DNA of 64,000 nucleotides from Octopus sinensis. Taxonomy: Eukaryota. Where the stretch lies: NCBI RefSeq assembly GCF_006345805.1, contig NC_043018.1, forward strand, positions 5,580,001 through 5,644,000, read 5' to 3'. Position numbers and translations under genes: made by a program. This document shows positions 40,440 through 54,839 of this stretch, piece by piece (the first letter of the stretch is position 1; every line of letters begins with the position of its first letter). Below the pieces are notes generated by a model that saw only the letters and a list, made by a program, of their open reading frames with translations, was not told the DNA's origin and ran no database searches.

Positions 40440-41000
40440 GCTTCAACCGCGGTCTCCAGACAATTTCAGAATCTCCTGCAACTCTCCTTGTTTAAGTTGG
40501 TGAATGCTGCCATAATCCTTGCCTTCAGTTCATCTTTGGTGTTACAAGGAATTTCGTTGGTCTCTCGCTCAACTGTGTCCCACACATAATAATCAAACGG
40601 GTTGCAGTCTGGGAAGGTAGGTAACCAAATGTTATGGGTGATGCGATCGTAGAAATTGTCAGACAGCCATGACTGGGTTCTCCTGCTTGTGTGGCATGGT
40701 GCAGAGTCCTGTGTGGCGTGGTCAGAGTAGTACTACCTCCTCCAAGCACTTGATGTAGGCCTCCGTGTTGAGTCTGAGGCCGTGAGAGCAGATGAATGGA
40801 GGCATAACGTCGCTACCATAATGTTAACTAGAAGTTTGATTTTTATCGCTCTCAGTACATGTTTTGGGAACACGGCAGACCAACGGTTGTTCTGCGTGTT
40901 TACCATCTGATCGAGGCAGAAATTTTTCCCGACCGAGAAAATCCAAAGCATTTTCGGACGGAGAATTTGCTTGAGTTTGTTCAAAAGCTTCGTAGTGCAG
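40440..41000 (-). mobile_element. Tc1/mariner-type transposase remnant
   Basis: Frameshifted pieces: WIFS..KNF..DQ..N.QNNRW, QQDSAPCHTS, W..PDCNPFDYYVW. An N-terminal fragment of similar type is at ~2780-2925 (-). Confidence 0.75.
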
Positions 41001-41209
41001 TCTTTCCTCAATGGCTTGTTTCATCGACCCAGAAAAGATGAAAAGCAATGTCAAACTCGGCGGAACTTGAACCCATAACGTAGAGATGAATGAAACGCTA
41101 CTAAGCATTTTGTCCGGCGTGTTAACGATTCAGCCAACTTGCCTCTCTTCTGAACAATTACGATGGCTTCAAATTTTGGCACAATTTTTGGGAGCTTTGA
41201 GCCATGGTG

Positions 41210-41410
41210 CTGATTTTACTTCTTGCGAAATAAAAGTTCTAGTCGACATGGTCTTCCAGAGAAGTGTAATTCATCAGTGTTGTATACCCCATACATTGGT
41301 ATATGGCTTCTTTCAGCTAAAATTTTCTTCATCCACCTAAGATAATTAGTAGCAAACATCTTAATCAATATATGACTGGTGAAAGCAGTTTCACCAGTCA
41401 TTTTAATGTT
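41210..41410 (-). mobile_element. pogo/Tigger-like transposase remnant
   Basis: TGETAF...KMFATNYL..K.L......VYNTDE resembles a pogo DDE N-terminus. Confidence 0.45.
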
Positions 41411-42201
41411 GGTTAAATTTTAGTACTTAACCCTTTCAAACTAGCCTTTAACTAACCAGGAAAAGTTATCCATTTGAAGTTTCAGCTTCCTTTTTTCTAT
41501 AACTCGCCATCATAACTATTGTTTTCTTTTAATTACTTTTAATTACTACCGTAATTACTACAGCAAATTACGTCGAATCGACTTAATACGTTTATCTGTC
41601 CTTGTTTAGCCCCTTGTGGGTAGTAAAGAAATAGGTATTTCGTCTGCCGCTACGTTCTGAGTTCAAATTCCGCCGAGGTCGACATTGCCTTTCATCCTTT
41701 CGGGGTCGATAAATTAAGTACCAGTTGTGCACTGGGGTCGATCTAATCGACTTAATCCCTTTTTCTGTGCACTGGGGTCGATATAATCGACTTAATCCGT
41801 TTTGTCTGTCCTTGTTTGTCCTCTCTGTGTTTAGTCCCTTGTGGTTAGTAAAGAAATAGGTAAATAACGAACTAAATAAGATGGCTGAGGACCGTATTTT
41901 CAAATATCCAAATAAAGTAAAACGATAAGTTGTTAGGAAAGATAGGACGTCGAGAAAGTAATATGGGGAGATATTATCTCATGAAATCTTACTAAATGCT
42001 ACAATGTATTTGAAAACTGTAGGTGCTGTAGGTGTTAAGGGACGTAAAATAGTCATTTAAGTAGGCTGTTATGGGTATTGAAGAAAATAAAGATACAAAA
42101 CAAAGAATTTTTCAGGTGGGAAGAGGTGGAAATAACGAAATGGGACTAAAATGGGAATAAAAATAGGAATAAGCAAAATTATATATATATATTTATATAT
42201 A

Positions 42202-42571
42202 TCTTTATATATAAAAGTGAAGTTGTGTATCTGTCTCCGATTTAGATTCCTAGCTACTCCCACATTTTGCGGTGCAGTTTAACCAAAAGCGGATATCTTA
42301 TAGTCGTGATTCATATCGAGCCCTTCTGGGTATAAGCGCGCGTCTACGATGAGTCGACGATTTAAAACATAATTTACCATCATTTTTTTACATTTTTTCG
42401 CTGTATATAAGGGAAGTAACTCTCTAAAAATGACTACGAGTCAACGATTTAAATAAAAATTTACAATAATTTTTTATTCTATTTTTTATTATTTTTTGGC
42501 TATAACACTCTAAAAATTCTTATATAGTTATTTCCTTTAAAAACCCGAGCAACGCCGGGCGATACTGCTAG
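42202..42571 (+). mobile_element. Non-autonomous Helitron
   Basis: A|TC ... hairpin plus CTAG|T; same family as 13019-13411. Confidence 0.85.
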
Positions 42572-42659
42572 TGGGGCATAAAGTTTTACAGTTATAGTAA
42601 GGAGAGAAAAGTTATTCTGTATTGTATGCTAAAATAGTAGCTTAAAATGTATTTTAAAG

Positions 42660-44686
42660 GTTTACTTGCTTCCAAGAAGAATTATAGTTTATTTACTTCT
42701 AAGGAAATATTATAGTTTGCTTCCTTCCAAAAAGAATTGTAGTTTACTTGCTTCCAAGAAGAATAATAGTTTACTTGCTTCTAAGGAAAAGAATATATTA
42801 CTTGGTTGTAAGAATTATAGTTTACTTGCTTCCAAGAAGAATTATAGTTTACTTGCTTCTAAGAAAAAGTATATATTACGTGGTTGTAAGAAGAATTATA
42901 GTCACTTCCTTTGAAGAAGAATTATAGTTTACTTGCTTCTAAGAAGAATAATAGGTAACTTGCTTGAAAGAAGAATTAGAGTTTAATTGCTTCTAAGAAG
43001 AACTGTAGTTTACTTGCATCCAAGTAGGATTATAAATTACTTGCTTCAAAGAATTATAGTTTACATGCCATAGTTTAATTGCTTATAAGAAGAATTGTAT
43101 TTTACTTGCTTCAAAGAAGAATAATAGTTTACTTGCTTCTAAGAAGAATTATATATTACTTGGGTGTAAGAATTATAGTTTACTTGCTTCCAAGAAGAAT
43201 TATGGTTTAATTGCTTCTAAGAAGAATTGTAGTTTACTTGCTTTAAAGACGAATAATAGTTTACTTGCTTTAAAGAAGAATCATATATTACTTGGTTGTA
43301 AGAAGGGTTATAGCTTTAAGAAGAATAATATGTGACTTGCTTAAAAGAAGAATTAGAGTTTACTTGCTTGAAAGAAAAGTTATAGTTTATTTGCTTCCAA
43401 GAAGAATTATAGTGTACTTGCTTCATAGAAAAATTGTAATCTATAATAATTATTAGAAGCAAGTGAACTATAATTCTTGTTGGAAGCATGTAAACTATAA
43501 TTATTCTTAAAAGCAAGTAATATATCATTCTTTTAGAAGCAAGTAAACTATAATTCTTCTTTTAAGCAAGTCAACTAGAATTCTTTTTTGAAGCAAGAAA
43601 ACTAGAATTCTTCTTAGAAGCAAGTAAACTATAGTTATTCTTAAAAGCATGTGAACTGTAATTCTAGTTGGAAGCAAATAATTCTTATTGTAGGCAAGTA
43701 AACTATAATTCTTCCCAGAAGCAAGAAAACTAGAATTCTTCTTACAACCAAGTAATATATAATTCTTTTTGAAGCAAGTAAACTATAATTCTTCTTACCA
43801 GCAAGTAAACTATAATTATTCTTAGAAGCAAGTAATCTCTAATTCTTCTTGGAAGCAAGTAAACAATAATTTTTCTTCGAAGCAAGTAAACTAGAATTCT
43901 TCTTTCAAGCAAGTAAACTAGAATTCTACTAGGAAGCAAGTAAACTATATAGTTTACTTGCTTGAAATTGTAGTTTACTTGCTTCTAAGAAGAATTATAG
44001 TTTTCTTGCTTCCAAAAAGAATTAGAGTTGTACATGCTTGAAAGAAGAATTATAGTTTAGTTGCTTCTTCGAAGAATTATAGTTTAATTAGAAGAATTAT
44101 ACTGCACTTGCTTCCAAGAAGAATTTTATTTTAATTGCTTCCATCAAGAATTATAGTCTACTTGCTTCCAAGAATAATTATAGTATACTTGCTTCCAAGA
44201 TGAATTATAGTTCACCTGCTACTAAGAAGACATATATTACTTGCTTCTAAGAAGAATTCTAGTTTTCTTACTTCTGTGAAGTTTTTTTGCTTCTAAGTAA
44301 AATTCTATCTTTCTTGCTTCTGGGAAACTTGCTTCTGGGAAAGCTATAATTTTTCTTTGAAGCTAATATACTATAATTCTTCTTGGAAACAAGTAAGCTA
44401 TAATTCTTCTTTCACATAAGTAATCTATAATTCTTCTCAGAAGCAAGAAAACTAGAATAACTATAGTTATTCTTAAAAGCATGTGAACTATAATTCTTCT
44501 CAGAAGTACACTATAATTCTTCTTAGAAGCAAGTAAACTATTATTCTTCTTAAAGCAAGTAAACTATAACTCTTCTTTCAAGCAAGTAAGCTATATATCT
44601 ACTTTCAAGCAAGTAAACTATAATTATTCTTTGTAAGTGAAGTATAAATCTTCTTGGAAGCAAGTAAACTATAATTTTTCTTTGCA
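42660..44686. repeat. ~27-29-bp minisatellite array with internal orientation switches
   Basis: Unit ~TATAGTTTACTTGCTTCTAAGAAGAAT. Forward ~42660-43420, reverse ~43440-43945, forward ~43950-44340, reverse ~44345-44686. Confidence 0.9.
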
Positions 44687-44786
44687 NNNNNNNNNNNNNN
44701 NNNNNNNNNNNNNNNNNNNNNNNNNNNNNNNNNNNNNNNNNNNNNNNNNNNNNNNNNNNNNNNNNNNNNNNNNNNNNNNNNNNNNN
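44687..44786. other. Assembly gap (100 N)
   Basis: Run of N. Confidence 1.
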
Positions 44787-46067
44787 ATGGATGAGATCCA
44801 TGTCATTTGTGAAGCATAGATCCAGTGTGTTACCTGCCCTGGTTGGTTGGAGTATGACCTGCTCCATGTACAGGGTGTTGATGAGGTTCAGGAGGGACCT
44901 CGCCTGTCCTCGTTCACATCTTGTCATTCCTGGGAGAGAAAGGCCCTCGGGCCATCTGACATTGGGCAGATTGAGTCTCCCATAAGAAGCACACCTATGT
45001 GTTGTTCTAATGTGGTTAGAATTTCTTCTATTTTTATAGGCAGTCTTCAAACTTGCCCACATGGCTTGGGGCATCTGGAGGGCGATATGTAGCACACCAA
45101 CTACATCAAGTTGCCTAATATGTACAATTAGTGTGTCACACCGATTTGAGTATGACAAGAGGACCTGGGGTGTGAGGTCCTCACGGATGTACATAGCAAC
45201 ACCTCCATGACTCCTTTCTTCCTGTCGGTCCGTAGTACAGCATACTGTGGTATGTGTAACTCCGCATCTGCTATGTCCGGTTTCAGGTGCGTTTCTGTAA
45301 GTGCTATGCATAAGGCTTGATTGCATGCACAAGTCTCTCAGGAACGGGATCTTTGTCCTGTTACTGAGTGTTTGCAGTCCTCTGATGTTCAGTAGGTGTA
45401 TCGAGGTGAGGTGTACGTTGTTGCCAGCGGTGTCCATCCTGTGTCTGTTTGCTGTGGTGGTCTGGTATTAGTGGGTAGTCCCACCTGCGGGCTTGGGTTT
45501 GATGAAGCCAGGTCAGCTGCTGTACAATCTTTTGTGCCATGCACAAAAAAGATTGTTGCTCAGCAGCTGCTCTTTCGACAACATCATGTTAGCTGTTTGT
45601 GGCGCGCACAACATCTGCGTACCTCCGCTTTGGGGCAGGTGGTGCGTGGTCCATCCCTTTTCTTTGTGTTGATGGTTTGTCCATCTGCCTCGTGTCTCTG
45701 TGGCAGGGTCACGATGTGCAAAGCGGCAGCCTGCCACCTTCCTTTCCATGCCAGCAGGAACCTCTCAGGTAGAACATACACACCCGTGTGCGCTGTTTGG
45801 TTCCATCCTTTGCGGTTCCACTTCTATTCCTGGTTGTTTCACTCTTTGGTCCTGCTTGAGCTTTTTCTTTTCTTTAGCTCTTCCAGTCCTTCTTTTAGTT
45901 CTTCTTCTCCCTCTACCTCTTCACCGGGTTCTCCGTCTCCATGGCATTGCACCTGGGTTCACTTCCCGGGCAGGTTTCTCATTCAAACCTCCTCCCGGGC
46001 GTCCACCAGGTGTGGGTGACTTCTTCATCGTCCCTCCATTCTTGCCATCTTTGCCCCGCTCGTTCGC
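44787..46067 (-). mobile_element. LINE 5' part (APE endonuclease, decayed), cut by the assembly gap
   Basis: LNIRGL, GGVAMYIR, LNLPNVRW and QPTRAGNTLDLCFTN motifs. Confidence 0.85.
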
Positions 46068-46107
46068 ATATATATATATATATATATATATATTATGCAT
46101 ATATATA

Positions 46108-46159
<52 letters not shown>

Positions 46160-46540
46160 TATATATATGCATATATAATATTATATATATATGCATATAT
46201 ATGCATATATATTATATATATATATATATGCATATATATATGCATATATATATATATATATGCATATATTATGCATATAATATATGCATATATATATATA
46301 TGCATATATATATATATATATGCATATATATATATATATATATATATATGCATATATATTATATATATGCATATATATATATATATATGCATATATATAT
46401 ATATATTGCATATATATATATATATATATATATGCATATATATTATATATATATGCATATATATATATATATTGCATATATTATATATATATATATATAT
46501 TATATATATATGCAATATATTATATATATATATATATATA

Positions 46541-46574
<34 letters not shown>

Positions 46575-46709
46575 TATATATAGATATATATATATATGCA
46601 TATATATATATATTATATATATATGCATATATATTATATATATTATATAGCATATATATATATAATATATATATTATGCATATATTATATATATATTATA
46701 TATATATGC

Positions 46710-46741
<32 letters not shown>

Positions 46742-46783
46742 ATATATGCATTATATATATATATATATATATTATATATATGC

Positions 46784-46814
<31 letters not shown>

Positions 46815-46947
46815 GCATATATATATATATATATATGCATATATATATATATATATAGCATATATATATAGATATGCATATATATATATATATATATGCA
46901 TATATATATATATTGCATATATATATATATGCATATTATATATATGC

Positions 46948-46980
<33 letters not shown>

Positions 46981-47947
46981 TGCATATAATAATATGTCTA
47001 TATATATATATATATGCATATATATATATATGCATTATATATTATATGCATATATATATATATATGCATATATATACTATATTGCATATATATATATATA
47101 TATGCATATATATATATATATATGCATATATATATATATATATGCATATATATATATATAATATAATATATATATATATATAATATTATATATATATATA
47201 TATGCTATATATATATATATATGCATATATATATATAATATGCATATATATATATATGCTCTATATTATATATATGCATATATATAATATGCATATATAT
47301 ATATATATATATGCATATATATATATATATGCATATATATATGCATATATATATATGCATATATATATATATATATGCATATATATATATATATGCATAT
47401 ATATATATATATATATGCATATATATATATATATATGCATATATATATATATATATTATGCATATATATATGCATATATATATATATGTATATTATATGC
47501 ATATATATGTATATATATATGCATATATATATATATGTATATATATATATACATATATATACATATATATACATATATATATAACATATATATACATATA
47601 TATATATATATATACATATATACATATATATATACATATATATACATATATACTATATATATACATATATATACATATATATATATATATATACATATAT
47701 ACATATATATATACATATATATACATATATACTATATATATACATATATATATACATATATATACATATATACATATATATATACTATATATATACATAT
47801 ATATACATATATACATTATATATACATTATATATATAATATATATATATACAATATATATATACATAATATATATATATACATATATATATACATATATA
47901 TACATATATACATATATATATACATATATATATATATACATATATAC

Positions 47948-47978
<31 letters not shown>

Positions 47979-48002
47979 CATATATCATATATATATATAT
48001 AT

Positions 48003-48033
<31 letters not shown>

Positions 48034-48059
48034 TACAATATATATATATATATATATAC

Positions 48060-48117
<58 letters not shown>

Positions 48118-48150
48118 ATAATATATATATATACATAATATATATATATA

Positions 48151-48211
<61 letters not shown>

Positions 48212-48620
48212 CATATATATATACTACATACATATATATTATACTATATATATATATATTCTTTTACTCTTTTACTTGTTTTTGTTTCAGCCATCCGGCT
48301 GAGGCCATGCTGGGGCACCGCCCTTGCTGCTACCCTCTCTAAGTCCAGTTTGCCGTGGCTGGCCACTGATCCAAGAGAGAGTTTGTAGCTGCTGCCCTTA
48401 GGTTACCTTCGTACCTTGCAGTGTGTTCATCTGGGATCCCAGAAAGCAGCTTGTCTAGATGTTTTTTGAAAATGTCCACATCCGCATCATGTAGATCTCT
48501 TTGTTTTCTTGGCAGTTTGTTGAACAGCTGAGGGCCCCTGAACCCGAGGCTATTACAGTATCTGCTCCTTACCCTGGATGTGGAAGACGGGACCTTTGGC
48601 ACCACCACAGTGACGTCCTG

Positions 48621-48678
<58 letters not shown>

Positions 48679-48743
48679 CATATTATACAGATATATACAT
48701 ATATATATATATATATACATATATATTATATATACATATATTA

Positions 48744-48779
<36 letters not shown>

Positions 48780-48832
48780 CATATATATATAATATATATA
48801 TATATATAACATATATTAATTATATATTATAT

Positions 48833-48875
<43 letters not shown>

Positions 48876-48897
48876 TATATATATCTATATATACATA

Positions 48898-48968
<71 letters not shown>

Positions 48969-49035
48969 TATACACAGATATATATATATACATATATATA
49001 CACATATATACACATATATACATATATATATATAC

Positions 49036-49082
<47 letters not shown>

Positions 49083-49390
49083 CATATATATATATACATA
49101 TATATATATATACATATATATATACTATATATACATATATATATACATATATATATATACATATATATATATATACATATATATATACATATATACATAT
49201 ATATATACATATATATACTTATATATATACATATATATATACTATATATAACTTATATATATACATATATTATATACATATATTATACATATATATATAC
49301 TACATATATATATATATATATATATACATATATACATATATATACATATATACATATACATATATATATCTATACATATATATATATATA
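46068..49390. repeat. ~3.3-kb compound (TA)n microsatellite with TGCA/TACA interruptions
   Basis: Seen directly; interrupted by the LINE fragment at 48265-48620. Confidence 0.95.
48265..48620 (-). mobile_element. LINE 3' end fragment inside (TA)n
   Basis: [33 protein letters not shown]; same group as 29541-30840. Another fragment is at ~53185-53500. Confidence 0.8.
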
Positions 49391-49984
49391 CACCACAGGC
49401 TTCTTTCAGTTTCCGTCTACCACATCCACTCACAAGGCTTTGGTCGGCCCGAGGCTATAGCAGAAGACATTTGCCCAAGATGCCACGCAGTGGGACTGAA
49501 CCTAGAACCATGTGGTTGGTTAGCAAGCTTCTTACCGCACACCCACTCCTGCGCCTATTGGTCATTCTGTTGTTGAAAAGAATCATTTTTCATCTCACAG
49601 AGGAGATGACCAATGGACCAGGATGTCTTGAGAAGACCCACTCACCTCAGCAAATTGCATTTTGAAAAGTGACGTAACTTTTCAATGTTGTAAAACGAAG
49701 AATTATCAGGATAAAACAGAGTTAATAACTCTGGATGAGGATGAGGGCAACTGCTTAAACTGGATGGTACCTGAAGAAGAGGGAATCCAGAAGTGATGTG
49801 CCCCCACCACCACCACCTACCCATGCAATTAATATAGTACAAAGTAAGATAGGGGTTATGGGTGTAACCCACTATGGGATATCATTTATCCAATATACTG
49901 TTGGTAAAGTACCCAAATTCTCAATACATAAATGTTTTTAATTGCAATGAAAGTAATTCATTTATTGTATTAAATGGGTGAAGG

Positions 49985-51280
49985 TAAAGAAATAACTTGG
50001 TGCATAAGAAAATTGGACGTTTCATTCTTAATGACCCGGAGAAAGCTTTTGACAGAATCCCTTGTTCTGTTATCTGGTGGTCTCTAAGGAAATCAGGAGT
50101 AGGCAGGTGGCTTGTTACAACTGTACAAGCCATGCATACTGGTGTTGTCAGTAGCTTACGGGTCAGCCATGAGTACACTGATGAATTTGGTGTACCAATA
50201 GGGGTTCACCAGGGCCTTAGTACTCTTATTCATCATAGTCCTCCAAGCCAAAACAAGAATTTAAAACTGGCTGCTTGTGGGAGGAACTACTATATACTGA
50301 TGACCTTGCTCTTATAGCAGAATTGGAAAAGATATTCCAGGTTATGGAAATGAAACTTTGAATCAAAGACCAGAGCTGTTGTTAGCAACAAAGCAGATAA
50401 AACTCTGGCAGAAACGTTAGCGCACTGGGCAAAATTCTTAGCGGTATTTCCTCAGCCATTAGATTCTGTGATCAAATTCCGCCAAGGTCGACTTTGCCTT
50501 TCATCCTTTCGGGGGTCGATAAATTAAGTACCAGTTCGGCACTGGGGTCGATGTAATCAACTTAATCTGTTTGTCCCCGCTATGTTTAGCCCCTTGTGGG
50601 TAGTAAAGAAATAAGATATAACTCTTTTCTTATCAGTTAAATGGCCCTGCTCATTACGTAAGAACGGAATTCCATTCGTTGCACCCAGTGCAATGAATGG
50701 AAGCGTAAAAGATGCAATGGAATTACTGATAGATTAGCAGAGAAGCTCATCTTTGTACGTGTCAGGTGTGCAGGAACAATAAACAATAATGATACATGGG
50801 ACTCAGACTCTCTCTCTCAAATTCCCAGGAGACTCCATGTTACCTAGGTGACTAAATTAGCAGTGGTGGAGGGTGTTCTGAAAGTATTGCTGCAGGAATA
50901 AGAATAGGATGTAGGAAATTCAGAGAGTTATGACTGCTGTTGGCAAAGAAAGTCCTCTCTCAATAAAAGACAGATTGTATGATGCTTGTGTATGAACCGT
51001 TATGCTTCATGGTAGTAAGACCTGGGCCCTGAATGTAGATATGCAGATGACATGCATAGACTGGAGTAGGAATGAAACTAGTATGCTCCAGTGTGCATGT
51101 AAGACAAAGTGCAAATGTGCTAAGAGAAAAGTCAGGCCTAAAAGGAATCAAATGTAAGACTGATGGTTTGGACATGTAATTTGTATGGATAAGGGCAACT
51201 GCTTAAAGTGGATGGTACCTGTGGAAGAGGGAACCCAGGAAGACATGGGATGAAATAGTGAGGGTTGATCTCAAGATGTT
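49985..51280 (+). mobile_element. Decayed RTE-like LINE RT fragments interrupted by a SINE
   Basis: EKAFDRIP..VIWWSLRK.GV..WLV..VQAMH...IGVHQG. An inverted partial copy is at ~52105-52280. Confidence 0.7.
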
Positions 51281-53961
51281 GAGATGCCAGTGGCGAGCTG
51301 GCAGAAACGTTAGCGCGCCGGGCGAAATGCTTAGCGGTATTTCATCTGCTGCTACGTTCTGAGTTCAAATTCCGCAGAGGTCGACTTTGCCTTTCATCCT
51401 TTCGGGGTCGATTGAATAAGTACCAGTTACACACTGGGGTCGATATAATCAACTTAATCTGTTTGTCCTTGTTTGTCCTCTCTGTGTCTAGCCATTGTGG
51501 GTAGTAAAGAAATAGGTTGATCTCAAGATGTTGGTTCTCACAGAGATGACCAATAGACCAAGATATCTTGAGAAGACCCACTCACCTCAACAAAACTAGA
51601 GTTCTGGAAGCATTGCATATTCCAACCGCATGTAACATTTCATTCACACCCTTTTACCGCAATGAAACCAAACTGCATCACTTCTTGATGCACCAGGCTC
51701 ATCTCTCCCTCCCCACTCCTGCAGCCTTAAGCCACTCTGTCATTTCTCTTTCCGCACCCCAACTATATCACTGCTATCCTCTTGTGTGCCCACCACTTAC
51801 CCATATTTTACCACTTGCTGCATTCCCTCCCCTCTCTGTACTTGTGTGAACTCCTTGCTTGCTCACCCTGGGCAATCTGCTAACATTCCATTTATATATT
51901 TCTTTATTGCCCACAAGGGTCCAAACAAGGACAGACAAACGGATTAAGTCGATTACATCGACCCCAGTGCGTAACTGGTACTTATTTAATCGACCCCGAA
52001 AGGATGAAAGGCAAAGTCGACAGTTTCATTTCCATAACCTGGAATATCTTTTCCGATTCTGCTATAAGAGCAAGGTCATCAGTATATAGTAGTTCCTCCC
52101 ACAAGCAGCCAGTTTTAAATTCTTGTTTTGGCTTGGAGGACTATGATGATAAGAGTACTAAGGCCCTGGTGAACCCCTATTGGTACACCAAATTCATTAG
52201 TGTACTCATGGCTGACCCTTAAGCTACTGACAACACCAGTATGCATGGCTTGTACAGTTGTAACAAGCCACCTGCCTATGATCAATATATACATACACAC
52301 AACAGCAGGGTTGTATGTTGTGATTAAGATATTTACTTTCCAAGTATGTGGTTTCCAGTTCAGTCCCACTGTGTGACACTTTGGGCAAGTGCCGTCTTCT
52401 ATAGCTTCAGACCAACCTTTTGAATGGATTTAGAAGACAGAAACATGTGTGTGTGTGTGTATGTATGTATATATATATATATAGTACAAAGATAGGGGTT
52501 ATGAATGTAACCCACTATGGGATATTTATCCAATATACTGTTGGTAAAGTACCCAAATTCTTAATACATAAATGTTTTTAATTGCAATGCAATTCATTTA
52601 TTGTATTAAACGGGTGAAGGTAAAGAAATATTTTTACTGTAAATTTATAATACAAATAAGAAAATATATATATATACACACACACAGCTTCTCCAGCTGT
52701 GAGGTCAGTATACAAGGTTGACTTGCTCTACACACATCACTGAGAATGTGTGTGTACCTGTATGTGTGCATCACTAAAAACTGAGAATGTGTGTGTATCT
52801 ATGTGTGCATCACTAAAACTCGAGAACTACCCAACTGATTTCATTCAAATTTTGTACATGCCTTACTTAGAGTCCATGCAGTGTCACGGGCCAAAAAAAT
52901 TTTCAAGCAGAAATTGATATCCTAAAACCATGATGCTACCTAAAAAGCATTGGCGTGGCTGCCGGTACAACATAAAAATCACTGGTCATGGTACCATGTG
53001 AAAAAACACCCAGTCTACTTTTGTAAAGTGGTTGGCATTAGGAAGGGCATCCAGCTGTAGTAACCAAGCCAGAACTGACTATGGAACCTCGTGTGGCCCC
53101 CTAGCCTTACCAATTCCTGTCAAGCTGTCCAATACTGCCAACATGGAAAACAAACTTTGTTGTTGATGATGATATTTTATTTATTTTATCTAGTTTCAGC
53201 TCAAGAGCTGTGGCCATGCTGGGGCACCGCCATTTGGTGTTGCTACATGATTTTACTTCACAAATGCTTTTTAGCAATTGCTATTTGGTGCATGAGAGTT
53301 TGATGCAGCTGCCCTCATCTGCACCTCCTGCCGTGAAGTTGGTTCATCTGGGACACCTGACAGGAAGAGATCCAGTTTTATTTTAAAGATATCTGCATCC
53401 ACCCCATGCAGGTCTCTCAGGTTCTTTGGGAGGATATTGAAGAGCTGTGGGCCTCTGAAGCCCAGGCTATCACAGTATCTTGTCCTACATCTTGATGGTA
53501 AATTTTCTATGTATGAGAGGCTAACAGCAACTTTTTTTTTTCAGTGGACATAAAAATGATGTTGATATATGCCCATACATGCTTAGCCTTGTATATGTGT
53601 TTTTTTTGAGGAACACACACCGAAAAGAATATCTATTAACCAATTTAATGCTGAGTTTTATTCTCTAAAATATACACCTGCAATGCATAGAAAGTAACAG
53701 AACGGAATTAAATTAAATTTTTAAAAAGCGATAAGAAATATGACAGATTTCATCTTTACTTTAACAATCTTGAAAATTTAGATGCAAGATTTAATGTTAG
53801 ATGGTAGTAAGTGGATGAAATATGCATATATATTAAATTAAATTAGAGATAAAGTGGTTTTATCTCTAATTTAATTTAATATATATTTATACTATAAAAT
53901 TAGATTTAATGCTAAATCTAATTTTTCCCTGTAAGTTTGGATTTACTCCCTAGTATTATTA

Positions 53962-53998
<37 letters not shown>

Positions 53999-54639
53999 GT
54001 GGAGGCGCAATGGCCCAGTGGTTAGGGCAGCGGATTCGCGTTTTCAATTCCCAGACCGGGCGTTGTGAGTATTTATTGAGCGAAAACACCTAAAGCTCCA
54101 CAAGGCTCCGGCAGGGGTTGGTGGCGACCGCTGCTGTACTCTTTCACCACAACTTTCTCTCACTCTTTCTTCTGTTGGCCTGCTCGCTTAGAAGATATGT
54201 CATGCTAAGAATTTCTAATTTTTGAAGACCCCATAATAGGTAAGCAGCAAAAAATTTAATGTGTATTCTTTGCATCCTTATTTGTCAATTTCAAATTCAA
54301 GGTTCTAATCCTACCATGTTACAGAGAAATGATTATCTCTCTTGTATTAACTGTCTACTAGAGGGCACCATGTGTTTTAAAAATAACTTCTGCATGAAAA
54401 AAAACGGCATAATATTAGCTTCAAGTTTTGGGCACAAGGCCTGCAATTTCAGGGAGGGGATAGGTCAATTACATCAACCCCAGTGTTCGACTGGTACTTG
54501 TTTTATTGACCCCGAAAGGATGAAAGGCAGAATCAACCTCAGCGGAATTTGAACTCAGAATGTAAAGACAGGCAAAATGCCACTAAGTATTTTGCCCAAC
54601 CTGCTAAGAATTCTGCCAGCAGAAACAACATGATATTAA

Positions 54640-54839
54640 CCCTTTCGTTACCGTATTTATTTTGAGATATTCTGTGTTTCTTTCAATTACATTAAATATA
54701 ACAAAGAATTTAGTAAAATAACTTGGTTATCATTCAGCTAGTGTTAGGAACATAAATTGTGACTAAGGTTTGGTAGAAGATTTTAATTCAAAACAAGACA
54801 TTTGTACTCAAAGCAAGAACCGGTTTGGTACTTAAAGGG
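54640..54839. mobile_element. piggyBac-type MITE
   Basis: TTAA|CCCTTT ... AAAGGG|TTAA. Confidence 0.8.

Noticed and set aside
42660-44686. CRISPR-like regular short repeats
   Set aside because: The units are contiguous and degenerate with no unique spacers, in a eukaryotic context with no cas genes. It is a minisatellite.
45700-49433. Many long ORFs (up to 366 aa) rich in Y/I/M/H/C
   Set aside because: They are translations of (TA)n/TGCA/TACA microsatellite with no protein signal. The same applies to the CV/HT/ER-repeat ORFs elsewhere.
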